Shown piece after piece: positions 9,585 through 19,634 of a stretch of 64,000 bases of DNA (its first letter is position 1; each line of letters begins with the position of its first letter). Origin of the DNA: Candidatus Poribacteria bacterium (GTDB taxonomy: Bacteria; Poribacteria; WGA-4E; WGA-3G). The notes beneath the pieces are model-generated. The model had not been told where the DNA came from, did not search any database, and saw only the letters and a list, made by a program, of their open reading frames with translations. The DNA lies in assembly GCA_965198235.1 (NCBI GenBank), contig OZ240248.1:3616001-3680000 (forward strand), written 5' to 3'. Both the position numbers and the translations under genes were made by a program.

Positions 9585-10779
9585 AGAGGCGATAATGCTC
9601 CTGCGCGAGTTTTTGGTTGCCCATGCCCTGATAGAGTCTTGAAAGGTTGAGGTGGTAGTAAGGCTCCTCGCTGTCGAGTTCGACCGCTTTTCGGAACGCA
9701 CTAATTGCTTTTTGCGAGTCGCCTTGCATCGCATACGCACTGCCGAGGGTGTTATGGAGAATCGCTTGGTTCGGCATCAGTTGGACGGCTTTTCTGGCGG
9801 CTTCTGCGGCATGTTTAGGATAATTGAGGTTCATGAAGGATCGGCTCAGTCCATGGTAAAAGTGGGCGTTAGTGGGTGCGAGTTCAATGCATTTCTGAAA
9901 GATTGGAATTGCCTTGGCAAAGTTTCTTTGATTCATGAGGAGTGTGGCTAACTCCGTCCATGCCTCAAGGTTATTCGGTTCCGCTCGCGTGAGACGGGTG
10001 AGGCGTTCGTATTCAGCGAATTCCTTTTGAAGTTGCTGATAGATTTGCATTTCCGTTCTGCTTTTCTCCCGGTCGCCTGATCGAAAATACGCTGTGCCGA
10101 GCCCGTGGTGTGGCTCAGCATAACCTGTTGGACCATACGCGAGTGCCTGTTTGAAGTGCTCTATCGCTTCGGGATATGCTTTTAAATTCAGGTATGCCAT
10201 GCCGAGTTCGTAGTAGAGACCTGCGGAGTGTGGTGTCAGTGTGAGTGCCTTTGTCAAGATCGGAACGGCTTCTGCGTACCGACGGAGTTTTACGAGTGCT
10301 TTACCGAGCATTTCATACCCGCGTGCGTGTTTGGGTGAAAGTTCTATAACCCGTTGGAGTGTTTCTACTGCGTCTGTCCACTGATCAAATCTGAAATAGG
10401 CAACACCGAGTGAGTAGAGTGCTTCGATGTTGTCAGGCATCAGTGCTAAGGAGCGTTGGCAGCTTTCGGCGGCTTTGTTCCAGAACTCCTCTTGGGCGTG
10501 TGCCATGCCGAGATAGTGCAGCACTTCGTAGTGATCGGGTTCAATCGCGAGCGCGGCTTCAAATTCGGAGATAGCTTTGAGATTGTCGCCTTGAAACATG
10601 AGAATAAAGGCTTGCTCTACATGCTGGACGTATGTGCTGTGGTCGCCGGATGTCTCGCCAGTGATTCCAGATAATGGCAAACAGAGCCAGAGGATAATTA
10701 AAATTGTCAATTTTTTAATTATACCTTGCGGTTCGTTGAGGTGGGTGTTTTTGCTTGGGCGTTTCTTCAGTGATTTCAT
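9556..10779 (-). CDS. Tetratricopeptide repeat protein, exported
   Basis: Multiple TPR repeats (LGxAY...A..AL...P) after an N-terminal hydrophobic segment. Confidence 0.88.
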   Translation of the reverse strand: MKSLKKRPSKNTHLNEPQGIIKKLTILIILWLCLPLSGITGETSGDHSTYVQHVEQAFILMFQGDNLKAISEFEAALAIEPDHYEVLHYLGMAHAQEEFWNKAAESCQRSLALMPDNIEALYSLGVAYFRFDQWTDAVETLQRVIELSPKHARGYEMLGKALVKLRRYAEAVPILTKALTLTPHSAGLYYELGMAYLNLKAYPEAIEHFKQALAYGPTGYAEPHHGLGTAYFRSGDREKSRTEMQIYQQLQKEFAEYERLTRLTRAEPNNLEAWTELATLLMNQRNFAKAIPIFQKCIELAPTNAHFYHGLSRSFMNLNYPKHAAEAARKAVQLMPNQAILHNTLGSAYAMQGDSQKAISAFRKAVELDSEEPYYHLNLSRLYQGMGNQKLAQEHYRLYEYLSSKQK

Positions 10780-11092
10780 GTTCTATTCCGTATATCCGCC
10801 TGCGCCGTTGTTGCAGGCTACAATTTGGGTTTGGGTGTTCGTTCTTATCCAGAAATCCGCTCGTAATGAAATTAGGTTTCCTTAAATGCATAATTTGTCT
10901 TTGCTTTACATTTGGAGAGCGACCCAAGGAGCAATAAATTAAAAACTTCTCTTGGATTAAATTCTAACCGTAGTGCTGAAAAAAGTCAAGTTTTCCATAG
11001 AGAAAAAGACGCGTTGGTGCTATACTGTGCAGAAATTGCCTATAGCATAGTTTATATGCCTACATTCAGAAGATGGGGGAATAGAGACAAGG

Positions 11093-12181
11093 ATGCGACA
11101 GGTTACAATCTATCGCGAGCCGGGCCGCTACGGAGGCTGGCCAGCGAATTACGGTATTTGGGCATGGGACAACGAGATCGTTGTCGGCTTTACGGTTGGG
11201 TATCATAAGTCGGATGCGGGGTTCCATCGCCGCGACCGGGATAAACCGTTTGTGGGGATGCAGGCACGAAGTTTTGATGGCGGTGAGACATGGAGCGTCT
11301 CGGAAACGCCGTGTCGTTTGCCAGCAAGGGGTACACTGTCTGCAGATGAACACGTGGAAGAACGGCATAGGCTGACAGCGGACGTTTTCTTCGAGACACC
11401 GCAGCGTGCCGATTTTTCGCACCCGGATTTTGCGATGATGTGCAGTAGATCCGGATTGAGAGCAGGGGCGTACTCATGGTTTTACACTTCTTTTGACCGG
11501 TGTCAGAGTTGGGAGGGTCCATTTCGGCTTCCGATGTTTGACTACACTGGTATCGCGGCTCGGACAGATTATCTTGTCTCAAGTCCAGACGGGTGCTTGC
11601 TCTTCCTCACCGCATCGAAAGCGGATGGTGAGGAAGGTTTGATATTCTGTGCGCAGACAACCGATGGGGGTGAGTCTTTTTCGTTGCTGTCTCAGATTGG
11701 ACCGGAGCCGAAAGGATTCGCTATTATGCCGGCGAGTGTTCGGTTATCTGATTCAAAAATTTTAGTGGCGGTTCGGTGCCGCGCCGATAGCGATTACGCA
11801 AATCCAGACTGGCAAAAATGGGAGAACTGGATTGATCTTTACGTCTCAGATGATAACGGACAGACGTGGAATTACATGAATCGACCTGTGGAGAATACGG
11901 GACGCGGAGGCAACCCACCAACGCTAACCCACCTTCACGACGGACGACTGTGCCTTATTTATGGATACCGGGATGCACCGTTTCGGATATGTGCGAAGTT
12001 GAGCAGTGATGCCGGCGAGACGTGGGGTGAGGAGATCGTCTTGCGCGATAATGGCGGAGATCACGATGTCGGGTATCCCCGCACAATTCAACGTCCTGAC
12101 GGAACCGTGGTAACCGCTTACTATTTCGATGAGGAGCCGGATGGTGAGAGATTCATTGAAGCGACATTGTGGGAGCCTTAG
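11093..12181 (+). CDS. Sialidase-like BNR/Asp-box repeat protein
   Basis: Repeated SxDxGxTW Asp boxes; DVGYP near the C-terminus. Confidence 0.85.
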   Translation: MRQVTIYREPGRYGGWPANYGIWAWDNEIVVGFTVGYHKSDAGFHRRDRDKPFVGMQARSFDGGETWSVSETPCRLPARGTLSADEHVEERHRLTADVFFETPQRADFSHPDFAMMCSRSGLRAGAYSWFYTSFDRCQSWEGPFRLPMFDYTGIAARTDYLVSSPDGCLLFLTASKADGEEGLIFCAQTTDGGESFSLLSQIGPEPKGFAIMPASVRLSDSKILVAVRCRADSDYANPDWQKWENWIDLYVSDDNGQTWNYMNRPVENTGRGGNPPTLTHLHDGRLCLIYGYRDAPFRICAKLSSDAGETWGEEIVLRDNGGDHDVGYPRTIQRPDGTVVTAYYFDEEPDGERFIEATLWEP

Positions 12182-12209
12182 TCGATGGTTACCAGTTGCC
12201 AAAGTGCAA

Positions 12210-13586
12210 TCACTCTGTCTCTGAACGTAGGTTAAAGCAGATAAGGCGATCTTTGCCGCGAACATAGAGATAACCATCTACCATCACGGGTGCCGCCCAA
12301 GCGGGGTGCTTAATCAGTTGGTTACCGTTCTCATCTATGGGAACAGCTTGGGAGATCGCCTCTAATTTTTCGGGTGTGCATTTAAGGAGCATCAAACGTC
12401 CATATTCGCCGAGGTAAATAAAATAGTCGTTCACCCATAGCAGCGAGGCGCGCTCGTCAACGCGTTGTGCCCACTTGATTTTGCCGGTCTTGAGTTCCAC
12501 ACACCGAAGCTCTGCACCATTGGAGTGTCTCCCACTACAAGCGTAGAGATAGCCCTCATGATGGATCGCGGTGTTCCAGTGCAACTCCATCGCCTTATTA
12601 CGACGGGATGCCCGATCTTTCCAAACGACTCGGTAGCCGCCGGGGCGGACCTTGACAACTGAACTACCGATCCCGTAGGATTCACTGACGAAAACCAAGT
12701 CGTCAGCGACGACGGGAGATGAGGCGTTGACAGACTCAATTTTAGGATGCCGCCACGGGTAGTGGAAGTCTATTTTACCGGTTGCGGGTTCAAAGCCGAC
12801 AAGCCCCCCGCGGAGGAATGCGAACCCCCACCGCCGTTCCTCAATCGTGGTGAAGATAGGGCTTGCGTAACTCGCAAGTTCATCGGCAATTTGGTAGACG
12901 ATTTCACCGGTGTATTTGTTGAAGGCGACAATGCCGCTGTTGTTTGGTTTTGGTCTGCCGTTTGCGCCCCAAATGTCTTTTGGGCTTCCGGGGGGTGAAC
13001 CGCCAATCTGAACGATAAGGAGTTCGCCCTCAACAGCAGGTGCCGAAGCGATACCGAAAAAGTTTTGGACAACGTGAAATTGCGCAGTCGAGTCAACCTT
13101 CCATAAGCCTTTACCATCCGACACACGGACACAGTGTAGTATCCCTTCTGACCCGAAGATATACACGCGATCTTCATCGACGATAGGGCAGCACCGCGGT
13201 CCGTTGTTGTAGCCGTACAAATCTTCGTAGTCTGTGGGGTATTCAAATCGCCAGAGTTCAGTACCGGTGTCGCTTTCCATACAGGTGAGGCGCGCCATGT
13301 TACCATGACGCGCGAAGATGAACAATCGTCCGTCTGCGATGGTGGGTGCCCCGTAGCTGGTGCCGATCTTCTTGTGCCAAATGACAGGGGGACCCGTGTT
13401 TCTCCACGGCGCGATGTCTATCTTCTCTTGCGATTTGCTGTTTCGTGCTGGACCGAGAAAATCGTTCCAATCTGCCAATGCGATTAGCGGGAGGTTTAGT
13501 ATTATTAGTAAGAGAAGGCATACGAATTGGTGGAGTCTTGAAATAACGTTTTCGGATGCTTTTTTCACGGTGTTGTTAAGGCGCAT
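12210..13586 (-). CDS. PQQ-like beta-propeller repeat protein (BamB-like), exported
   Basis: DWxxFLGP after signal peptide, repeated TGxxxW blades, WAAPV...LYVR C-terminus. Confidence 0.85.
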   Translation of the reverse strand: MRLNNTVKKASENVISRLHQFVCLLLLIILNLPLIALADWNDFLGPARNSKSQEKIDIAPWRNTGPPVIWHKKIGTSYGAPTIADGRLFIFARHGNMARLTCMESDTGTELWRFEYPTDYEDLYGYNNGPRCCPIVDEDRVYIFGSEGILHCVRVSDGKGLWKVDSTAQFHVVQNFFGIASAPAVEGELLIVQIGGSPPGSPKDIWGANGRPKPNNSGIVAFNKYTGEIVYQIADELASYASPIFTTIEERRWGFAFLRGGLVGFEPATGKIDFHYPWRHPKIESVNASSPVVADDLVFVSESYGIGSSVVKVRPGGYRVVWKDRASRRNKAMELHWNTAIHHEGYLYACSGRHSNGAELRCVELKTGKIKWAQRVDERASLLWVNDYFIYLGEYGRLMLLKCTPEKLEAISQAVPIDENGNQLIKHPAWAAPVMVDGYLYVRGKDRLICFNLRSETE

Positions 13587-13630
13587 AGAAATATTGTTTT
13601 CTTCAAATGGGTATGTTCACAATATGTTTT

Positions 13631-13968
13631 CCGCTCCAGCGGAGCGGTATGTTTATAGAAGGGTTTCAAGGTTCTCCTTCCGCTCCAGCGGAGCGGTATG
13701 TGAAGCATGGTGGTGCTATAGCATATCATGTTTCGGGAGTATCCTCATCAACAGAATCAAAAACATACTTTTCATTATAGATTACATCAAAACGCTTCAA
13801 TAATTCAAGGTATTCCTCTCTGAATGTTTTACGCGAATGGTGCTTCTCTTGATTTTGGATGATGGTTGTTAGATTTCTCTGATTTGACTTGATAGTCACA
13901 TACCGCTCCTCTGGAGCGGATGATTGCGTGTTCGTGTGTGCTATAGACATATCGCTCCTCTGGAGCGA
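13631..13968. repeat. REP cluster: four CGCTCC(AGC/TCT)GGAGCG hairpins, two each side of a transposase remnant
   Basis: Two direct copies at about 13631 and 13680, two inverted at about 13900 and 13941, with TATGT(T/C)TATAG-type tails. Confidence 0.8.
13726..13875 (-). pseudogene. C-terminal remnant of IS200/IS605-type or REP-associated tyrosine transposase (TnpA/RAYT)
   Basis: IQNQEKHHSRKTFREEYLELLKRFDVIYNEKYVFD matches the C-terminus of this family; HUH motif and catalytic Tyr absent. Confidence 0.7.
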
Positions 13969-13990
13969 AGACTATGATTGTTCTTATAAT

Positions 13991-14117
13991 CAAGGCTTAC
14001 GCACAGAGGGGATAACGGGTTTCCTTACTACCAACAGATAGACCTTGCAAAGACACTTTTTTTAAGAAGATACACGGTTTGTAGTAGCGCAATTCATTGC
14101 GCATTGCGTAAGTCCTA
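13991..14117. mobile_element. MITE family A (YAGGACTTACGCA...TGCGTAAGTCCTR)
   Basis: 13-bp terminal inverted repeat (left slightly degenerate) and exact 5-bp flanking duplication ATAAT. Confidence 0.75.
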
Positions 14118-14121
14118 ATAA

Positions 14122-14224
14122 TATAGTAAAGTCGAAAAATAAGTTTACACTTCCCGCTCCCCGGTAGGCGAGGTTTCCTAACCTCGCCGAAGCAAGTGTG
14201 TAAGTAACTATGAAATCTACTATA
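14122..14224. mobile_element. Small element with TATAGTA...TACTATA ends carrying a GTAGGCGAGG REP hairpin
   Basis: Imperfect terminal inverted repeats extending to TTACAC/GTGTAA; internal GGCGAGGTT-TCCT-AACCTCGCC hairpin. Confidence 0.55.
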
Positions 14225-14296
14225 TTATCCATTTAGAGGGTAACTTAGAACTGGTGTTGAAAAACATACCAATCCGCTGAAGCGGTAATTGCGATA

Positions 14297-14344
14297 AAAA
14301 CCTGACACGTCCCCGTCAAAATTGACCATGGACGTGTCAGGTTC
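14297..14344 (-). terminator. Intrinsic terminator downstream of mannonate dehydratase gene
   Basis: 12-bp stem CCTGACACGTCC/GGACGTGTCAGG followed by a T run on the minus strand. Confidence 0.6.
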
Positions 14345-14433
14345 AGGACGCTGGCTCCAAAGTTGCATGCTATCTCAATGAACTCTCTATTGGTATCCTC
14401 TGTTCTTGGTGTCTTCCATTGAAGGGACAAACA

Positions 14434-15477
14434 TCAATCTTCTGACGCAGCGACCTCCTCATTTGCCCGCTTCACGAGTGCGTTCATGTAGGCGATCGTG
14501 TACGCTGTGCCGACGCGATGGTCATCCGCCATGCTCGGAATATGGTCAGGGATCAGCACGCCGTTGAAGTTGACTTCACGGAGGGCTTTTGCGACTTGAT
14601 ACATATCCTGATAGCCGTTGTCAACGAAGGTTTCAACGAAATGCGGGAGCGGCTGATCGACGTTGCGGAAATGGACTTTGAAGATTTTGTTCCGTTCGCC
14701 GAAGTAGCGAATAGATTCAATGGCATCTTTGCCCATTAGCTCACCGCCTTCCAGCCAACAACCCACGCAGAAACACATACCGACATTCGGGCTATCGGCG
14801 ATTTCAAGGGCGCGTTTGTAGCCTTCAAAGCTGCTGAAGATGCACCTCGGGATTCCGGCGAGATGCACCGCGGGTGGGTCGTCGGGATGGATACCGATCA
14901 TCACGCCTGCTTCCTCAGCGACGGGTGCGGCTTGCTTGATGAAGTAGGCGTAGTTATCCCAGAGTTCATCTTCACTGAATTCGCGTCCGTGAGAGAACGG
15001 CATCGGATACAGTTTGCCTCCCCAATGTCCCTCCTGTGCTGCGTCAAGGTTGAACCCTCTCGCACTTGCGCCACCGCGGGTCGTCTCACGTTCGGTACTC
15101 CAGATACCGTTGCCCATGTGCGCGTAAGTCGTATATGGAATCCCGGCTCTACCGAGGTCGCGGATGTACTGCTTATACTGTTCGACCTTCGCGTCGCGGT
15201 TCTCCAAGTTCAGCACAATCCCGTCTTGATTGTGGACATCGCTGTTGCCAAACCCGTAGATTTTGAGTCCTGCGTTCTCGAAGATCTCGCGACGACTCAT
15301 GAAATAGTCGTAATTTGCATTTTCGCCGTTTGTCCAGAGGACGACATATTCGACATCCATCTGCTTAGCAAACTGCAAATCTGCCTCACTCGGTTCCGGC
15401 GACATCTGTGCCGTAACTTTCATGCCGGGTGCAATGTTTTGTAATGGCCCTGTAGATTTTGAAAAGTGGTTTGCCAT
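14434..15477 (-). CDS. Mannonate dehydratase family protein (UxuA-like)
   Basis: ELWDN...PVAEEAGV.IGIHPDDPP, HFRNV and PDHIP motifs. Confidence 0.82.
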   Translation of the reverse strand: MANHFSKSTGPLQNIAPGMKVTAQMSPEPSEADLQFAKQMDVEYVVLWTNGENANYDYFMSRREIFENAGLKIYGFGNSDVHNQDGIVLNLENRDAKVEQYKQYIRDLGRAGIPYTTYAHMGNGIWSTERETTRGGASARGFNLDAAQEGHWGGKLYPMPFSHGREFSEDELWDNYAYFIKQAAPVAEEAGVMIGIHPDDPPAVHLAGIPRCIFSSFEGYKRALEIADSPNVGMCFCVGCWLEGGELMGKDAIESIRYFGERNKIFKVHFRNVDQPLPHFVETFVDNGYQDMYQVAKALREVNFNGVLIPDHIPSMADDHRVGTAYTIAYMNALVKRANEEVAASED

Positions 15478-15643
15478 TTTCTGCCTCCATTTTTTGTAGC
15501 AATCAGCAATCAGCAGTCAGCGGTCAGTCAAGATCTCTTTGTAGCAGACAGAACGTTCGCAACCGCCACAACGAGTAACCGACAGCCGACTACTGAGAGT
15601 CGACGGCTATTTACCTTGCCAATGATGAGAACATATATACTAA

Positions 15644-17041
15644 CTATTCTTCGTCTCCTGCCTCTGCTTTGAGTCGATACAACTCCGCTGTCAATTCGGT
15701 CACGATGTCGGCATACGCCGGGTCGTCGTAGACGCTGCACATTTCATTCGGATCCTTTTCAAGGTCGAAGAGTTCCCATTCGGGTTCTTTCGGTTCATCA
15801 ACCGAACCCGTCGTGCCGAGTGCCTCGCCGTAGTAATAGATGAGTTTATAGCGATGCGTTCGTATCCCGTAGTGCGCGGGGACGTAGTGGTGTGTGAGGT
15901 GCATCCAGTAGCGGTAGTACATTGACGTTCGCCAATCGTCAGGTGTTTCGCCATTGAGAAGTGTCCGTAGGCTCGTTCCCTGCATGTCGTCTGGGGTGGG
16001 GAGTCCTGCATAATCGAGCCAAGTCTCTGCGAAGTCGATATTCAGTGCCATTGCGTCGGATGAACTACCGGGTTGAATCTCGCGCGGGTAGCGGACAAGG
16101 AACGGCATCCTCAAGGATTCTTCGTACATGAACCGTTTGTCATACCAACCGTGGTCGCCTAAGAAGAAGCCTTGATCGGAGGTATAGATGATGAGTGTAT
16201 CGTCTGCGATGCCTTCTTCATTGAGATAGTCAAGCATCCGTCCAACGTTGTCATCGATTGAGGCGACGCAGCGGAGATACTCCTTAATATACCGTTGATA
16301 CTGCCAGTTTGCCAACGCCTTCTCCGAGAATCCTTCAGGGGGTGGACCGAGTGTATCAATCTTGAGATCTCTTTCGCTCATGTGCCCGAAGACACGCATC
16401 TTCGCATCCTTTGCGGCGTTTGAGCGGTTCGCGTAATCATCGAAGAAGTTGTCCGGCATTGGCACATCTTCGCCCTCGTACATGTGTGCGTGCTTCTCAT
16501 CGGAATCCCATGGTCGGTGTGGTGCCTTGTGGTGACACATCAGGAAGAAAGGTCTCTCTTTGTCCCGATTCTGCAACCATTCCAATGAGAAATCGGTGAT
16601 GATGTCAGTGGCATAGCCTTTATGGGTTTTCTCGCCATCGGGGTCGAGCATCACTGGATCGTGATAGAGTCCTTGTCCGGGTAAAACGTTCCAATAGTCG
16701 AAACCGGTCGGGTCTGCGTTCCCTCCGTGGCCGAGATGCCATTTGCCTACCATTGCCGTCTGATAGCCGTCCGCTTGGAGCATCTTCGCGACGTTCGGTT
16801 TTCTTCCGTCAAGGGGGTCTGATAGTGTCTTGACCCCGTTGAGATGGCTATGTTTTCCCGTCAAAATGTTCGCCCGACTCGGTGTGCATATAGAGTTGAC
16901 GCAGAAACAGTTTTGGAGAATCATGCCGCCATCTGCGATACGGTCGAGGTTTGGTGTTTGGTTAATTCGACTGCCGTAGCTGCTGATAGCGTGTGAAGCG
17001 TGGTCGTCGGACATGATGAATAGGATATTAGGTCTGCTCAA
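15644..17041 (-). CDS. Sulfatase (Cys-type, formylglycine-dependent)
   Basis: PNILFIMSDDH, CTPSRA signature, GKWHLG, SDQG...DKR. TTG start with AAGGAGG RBS. Confidence 0.95.
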   Translation of the reverse strand: MSRPNILFIMSDDHASHAISSYGSRINQTPNLDRIADGGMILQNCFCVNSICTPSRANILTGKHSHLNGVKTLSDPLDGRKPNVAKMLQADGYQTAMVGKWHLGHGGNADPTGFDYWNVLPGQGLYHDPVMLDPDGEKTHKGYATDIITDFSLEWLQNRDKERPFFLMCHHKAPHRPWDSDEKHAHMYEGEDVPMPDNFFDDYANRSNAAKDAKMRVFGHMSERDLKIDTLGPPPEGFSEKALANWQYQRYIKEYLRCVASIDDNVGRMLDYLNEEGIADDTLIIYTSDQGFFLGDHGWYDKRFMYEESLRMPFLVRYPREIQPGSSSDAMALNIDFAETWLDYAGLPTPDDMQGTSLRTLLNGETPDDWRTSMYYRYWMHLTHHYVPAHYGIRTHRYKLIYYYGEALGTTGSVDEPKEPEWELFDLEKDPNEMCSVYDDPAYADIVTELTAELYRLKAEAGDEE

Positions 17042-17128
17042 TTTTTCCTCCTTAAGATTAAAAAATAAAAAACACAGGATACGAGTCTAATGTGTCTTGT
17101 AACGGATGCATCTCTAAATATGAAACTG

Positions 17129-17848
17129 TCAATCAGCGATTAACGATGGTGGTGGTTCGTCAAGAGTGTATCCATACATTTCTGCTTCAGTTTGCCGTTG
17201 ATACCATTTTTTCCACACTTCTTGCTCTTTGGTGGCGCCTTTTACCATACCTTTTGCTTCTTGGTAACTGGAGATCAAAGCAAGTATAATAGGTAGTATG
17301 GCGAATTCAGGGAGCAATCGCACCAAATTTCGTAATGCTGCAACAATACCAAAGTAGTACTCTGTATAGTAAGTCGTAATGTATAATAAAACCAAAGCAA
17401 CGAGCCAGAACGTAAAGTGGGCGATAAAAGACATTGGGTTGTAAATCATGAAGCGTAGTGTTTTTTGGACTCTCCTGAAATAAGAATCAACGGGTATGAC
17501 GTTTTCCGGTGGCAGTTCCTTGTAAGCCTCATCCAGTGCTTCTGATCTTTGTTGTAGCGTATACCACCTCGTCCACTTTTCTTTCTCTTTAGCAATCCCT
17601 TTTAGGTTGCCTCGCGCTTCTCGGTAACTGATGATGAAAGCAATAATAGCAATCCAAGGAAGGAGTCGTCCAAAGGCACCTACTAACTCATACAATTCCA
17701 AAATATCATCGGGCTTTTCTTCTGGTGGAACCGTCATGGCGAGTAGCACGAAAAATAAGAGCGTAGACGCGAAAATCCAGCATACCATGCGAACTATGAG
17801 GGGAATCGGGTTCCGACTCATAAATAATAACGTTTTTTGGATTTTCAT
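17129..17848 (-). CDS. Hypothetical membrane protein with internal duplication
   Basis: Two similar halves (QKTL.FM..NP...2 TM...SY.EA.G..KG..KE...W..WY); ends DEPPP. Confidence 0.7.
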   Translation of the reverse strand: MKIQKTLLFMSRNPIPLIVRMVCWIFASTLLFFVLLAMTVPPEEKPDDILELYELVGAFGRLLPWIAIIAFIISYREARGNLKGIAKEKEKWTRWYTLQQRSEALDEAYKELPPENVIPVDSYFRRVQKTLRFMIYNPMSFIAHFTFWLVALVLLYITTYYTEYYFGIVAALRNLVRLLPEFAILPIILALISSYQEAKGMVKGATKEQEVWKKWYQRQTEAEMYGYTLDEPPPSLIAD

Positions 17849-18087
17849 GGCATGTGCCTCTCACGTGGGAGATGTTTTCCACGCGATATCCTATCTTGAC
17901 GCTATAGGATATTTGTGCTTTCTCCCTTTCGGGTTTATGCGGTGGCTTTCTTGACATCCTCAACTGGACGTGCGATGAATCGCACTACTACAAACCTTTG
18001 GAAAATTTGACGCTAAGGTTGAGTTACGTCTTGTGCTTTAAGTTCACCAAAAGCGAGCCACAGGTCACTCCACTGAGGGCAAAATTC

Positions 18088-19115
18088 CTATTTCGCCTTA
18101 ATTTCTTCCCATGCGCGGTTGTAGTGTCTCGTGAAATCCCCCTGATCTTTCAGCCACTCAAGGGATTCCAAAACCTCTGCCGGCGGATAGATGAATTTGT
18201 GGTCCCGCAGGTGTTCCGGTAAATATTCTTTCGCTGTCGGCACGCAGGTTCCGTATTTCGTGAAAGCCGTAATTTGGGCATTGACTTCGGGACGAAGCAG
18301 GTAGTTGATAAACTGCTCAGCGAGTGCCTTATGCGGTGCGGATTTCGGAATGCAGACCGCGTCGATAAACTGGCTGGATCCTTCTTTGGGGATCACGTAC
18401 CGGATCGTCGGACGGGTCTCGGTTGCTCGGAACGCATCGCCACTCCAGCAGTGTGCCATGACGACATCACCCGCGATGAGAAGTTCTTCCGCCTCGCTTT
18501 TATACTGTTTCACGAGTGGTTTCTGTGCAATGAGTTTTTCTTTCGCCGCTTTAATCTCCTGCGGATCGGTTGTGTTAAGGCTGTATCCGAGCAGTTTAAG
18601 CGCAGCACCGATCGTTTCGCGTTGGTCGTCTAACATGCTGAATTGGTTTTTGTATTGCGCGTCCCAAAGCACTGTCCAACTGTCGGGGGCTGGCGTAACG
18701 ACGGACGAGTCATAGGCGATACCTGCAGTGCCAAATGTATAGGGGATAGAGTATCGGTTTTCGGCATCGAAGTATTTGCCGAGAAACAGCGGGCTGATGT
18801 TCTGAAAGTTGCCGATATTGTCGCGATTCAATTCGGCTAACAGATTTTGTTTGATTAAGATTGATACCATGTAGTCGGACGGCATGATGATGTCGTAACC
18901 TGTCGCACCTGCTAACAACTTCGCGAGGAGATCCTCGTTGCTGGCATAGGTATCGATGAGGACATTCACCCCGTATTCCTTCTCAAATCCTTCGCGGATG
19001 TCGTCGCTGACGTAACCTGCCCAGGTAAAGACGTTGAGTTGTTTCTTCTGTCCATCGCTGTCACCGCAAAAAGCGTGAGGAGTATCAGTACTAAAAAGAT
19101 GTATCTGTTACGCAT
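18088..19115 (-). pseudogene. Spermidine/putrescine ABC transporter substrate-binding lipoprotein (PotD/PotF-like), frameshifted in the signal peptide
   Basis: LNVFTWAGY, GYDIIMPSDY and PKEG motifs. RBS and ATG at 19115 are out of frame with the mature part (CGDSDG...) at an A5 run, 19068-19072. May be a sequencing error. Confidence 0.75.
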
Positions 19116-19156
19116 ATTTTTCTCCTTTGGTATCTGTTCAATGATTGTTGCTTACA

Positions 19157-19250
19157 CAGGACTTACGCAACATCCATTGCTGGCGAGGTTTTAAACCTCG
19201 CCAGCGGCGCGTCATACGGAGGTGCTCATAGAAAAATTGTGTAAGTCCTA
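19157..19250. mobile_element. MITE family A copy
   Basis: CAGGACTTACGCA...TGTGTAAGTCCTA with exact TTACA duplication; internal GCTGGCGAGG-TTTTAA-ACCTCGCCAGC hairpin. Confidence 0.85.
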
Positions 19251-19263
19251 TTACAGTTAACCC

Positions 19264-19500
19264 GTAGGTTGGGTTGAGCGGAGGATGGAAAAATCAAGTG
19301 CATTTCCCTAAGAACCTCCAGATTTTCAAAAACCCTGAACACTCCGAAATTCGAGCGAAACCCAACGCTTTATCACAAGGGCACCTATTCGCTGGGATGT
19401 TGGGTTTCACTATATCGTTCTTCTCGACACGAACCTCTATAGGCAAACACAAGCGTCTTTGGATTGGTAGGGTTTCGATTTTCCCGTTCAACCCAACCTA
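19264..19500. repeat. REPIN/BIME-like element with GTAGGTTGGGTTGA ends
   Basis: Inverted ends GTAGGTTGGGTTGA/TCAACCCAACCTA with internal GAAACCCAAC/GTTGGGTTTC pair; second copy near 52400. Confidence 0.75.
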
Positions 19501-19634
19501 AACCCTTCGCCGAACCTACATCTACAGTGTCTCGTTAGTTGTAAAATCTACTATAATCAGTCGAGCGGGTGTTTTGAAGATAATGCTTTGCCTTTCTTCA
19601 AATATGTACACACGCCCGCATCTACACACGCTTC

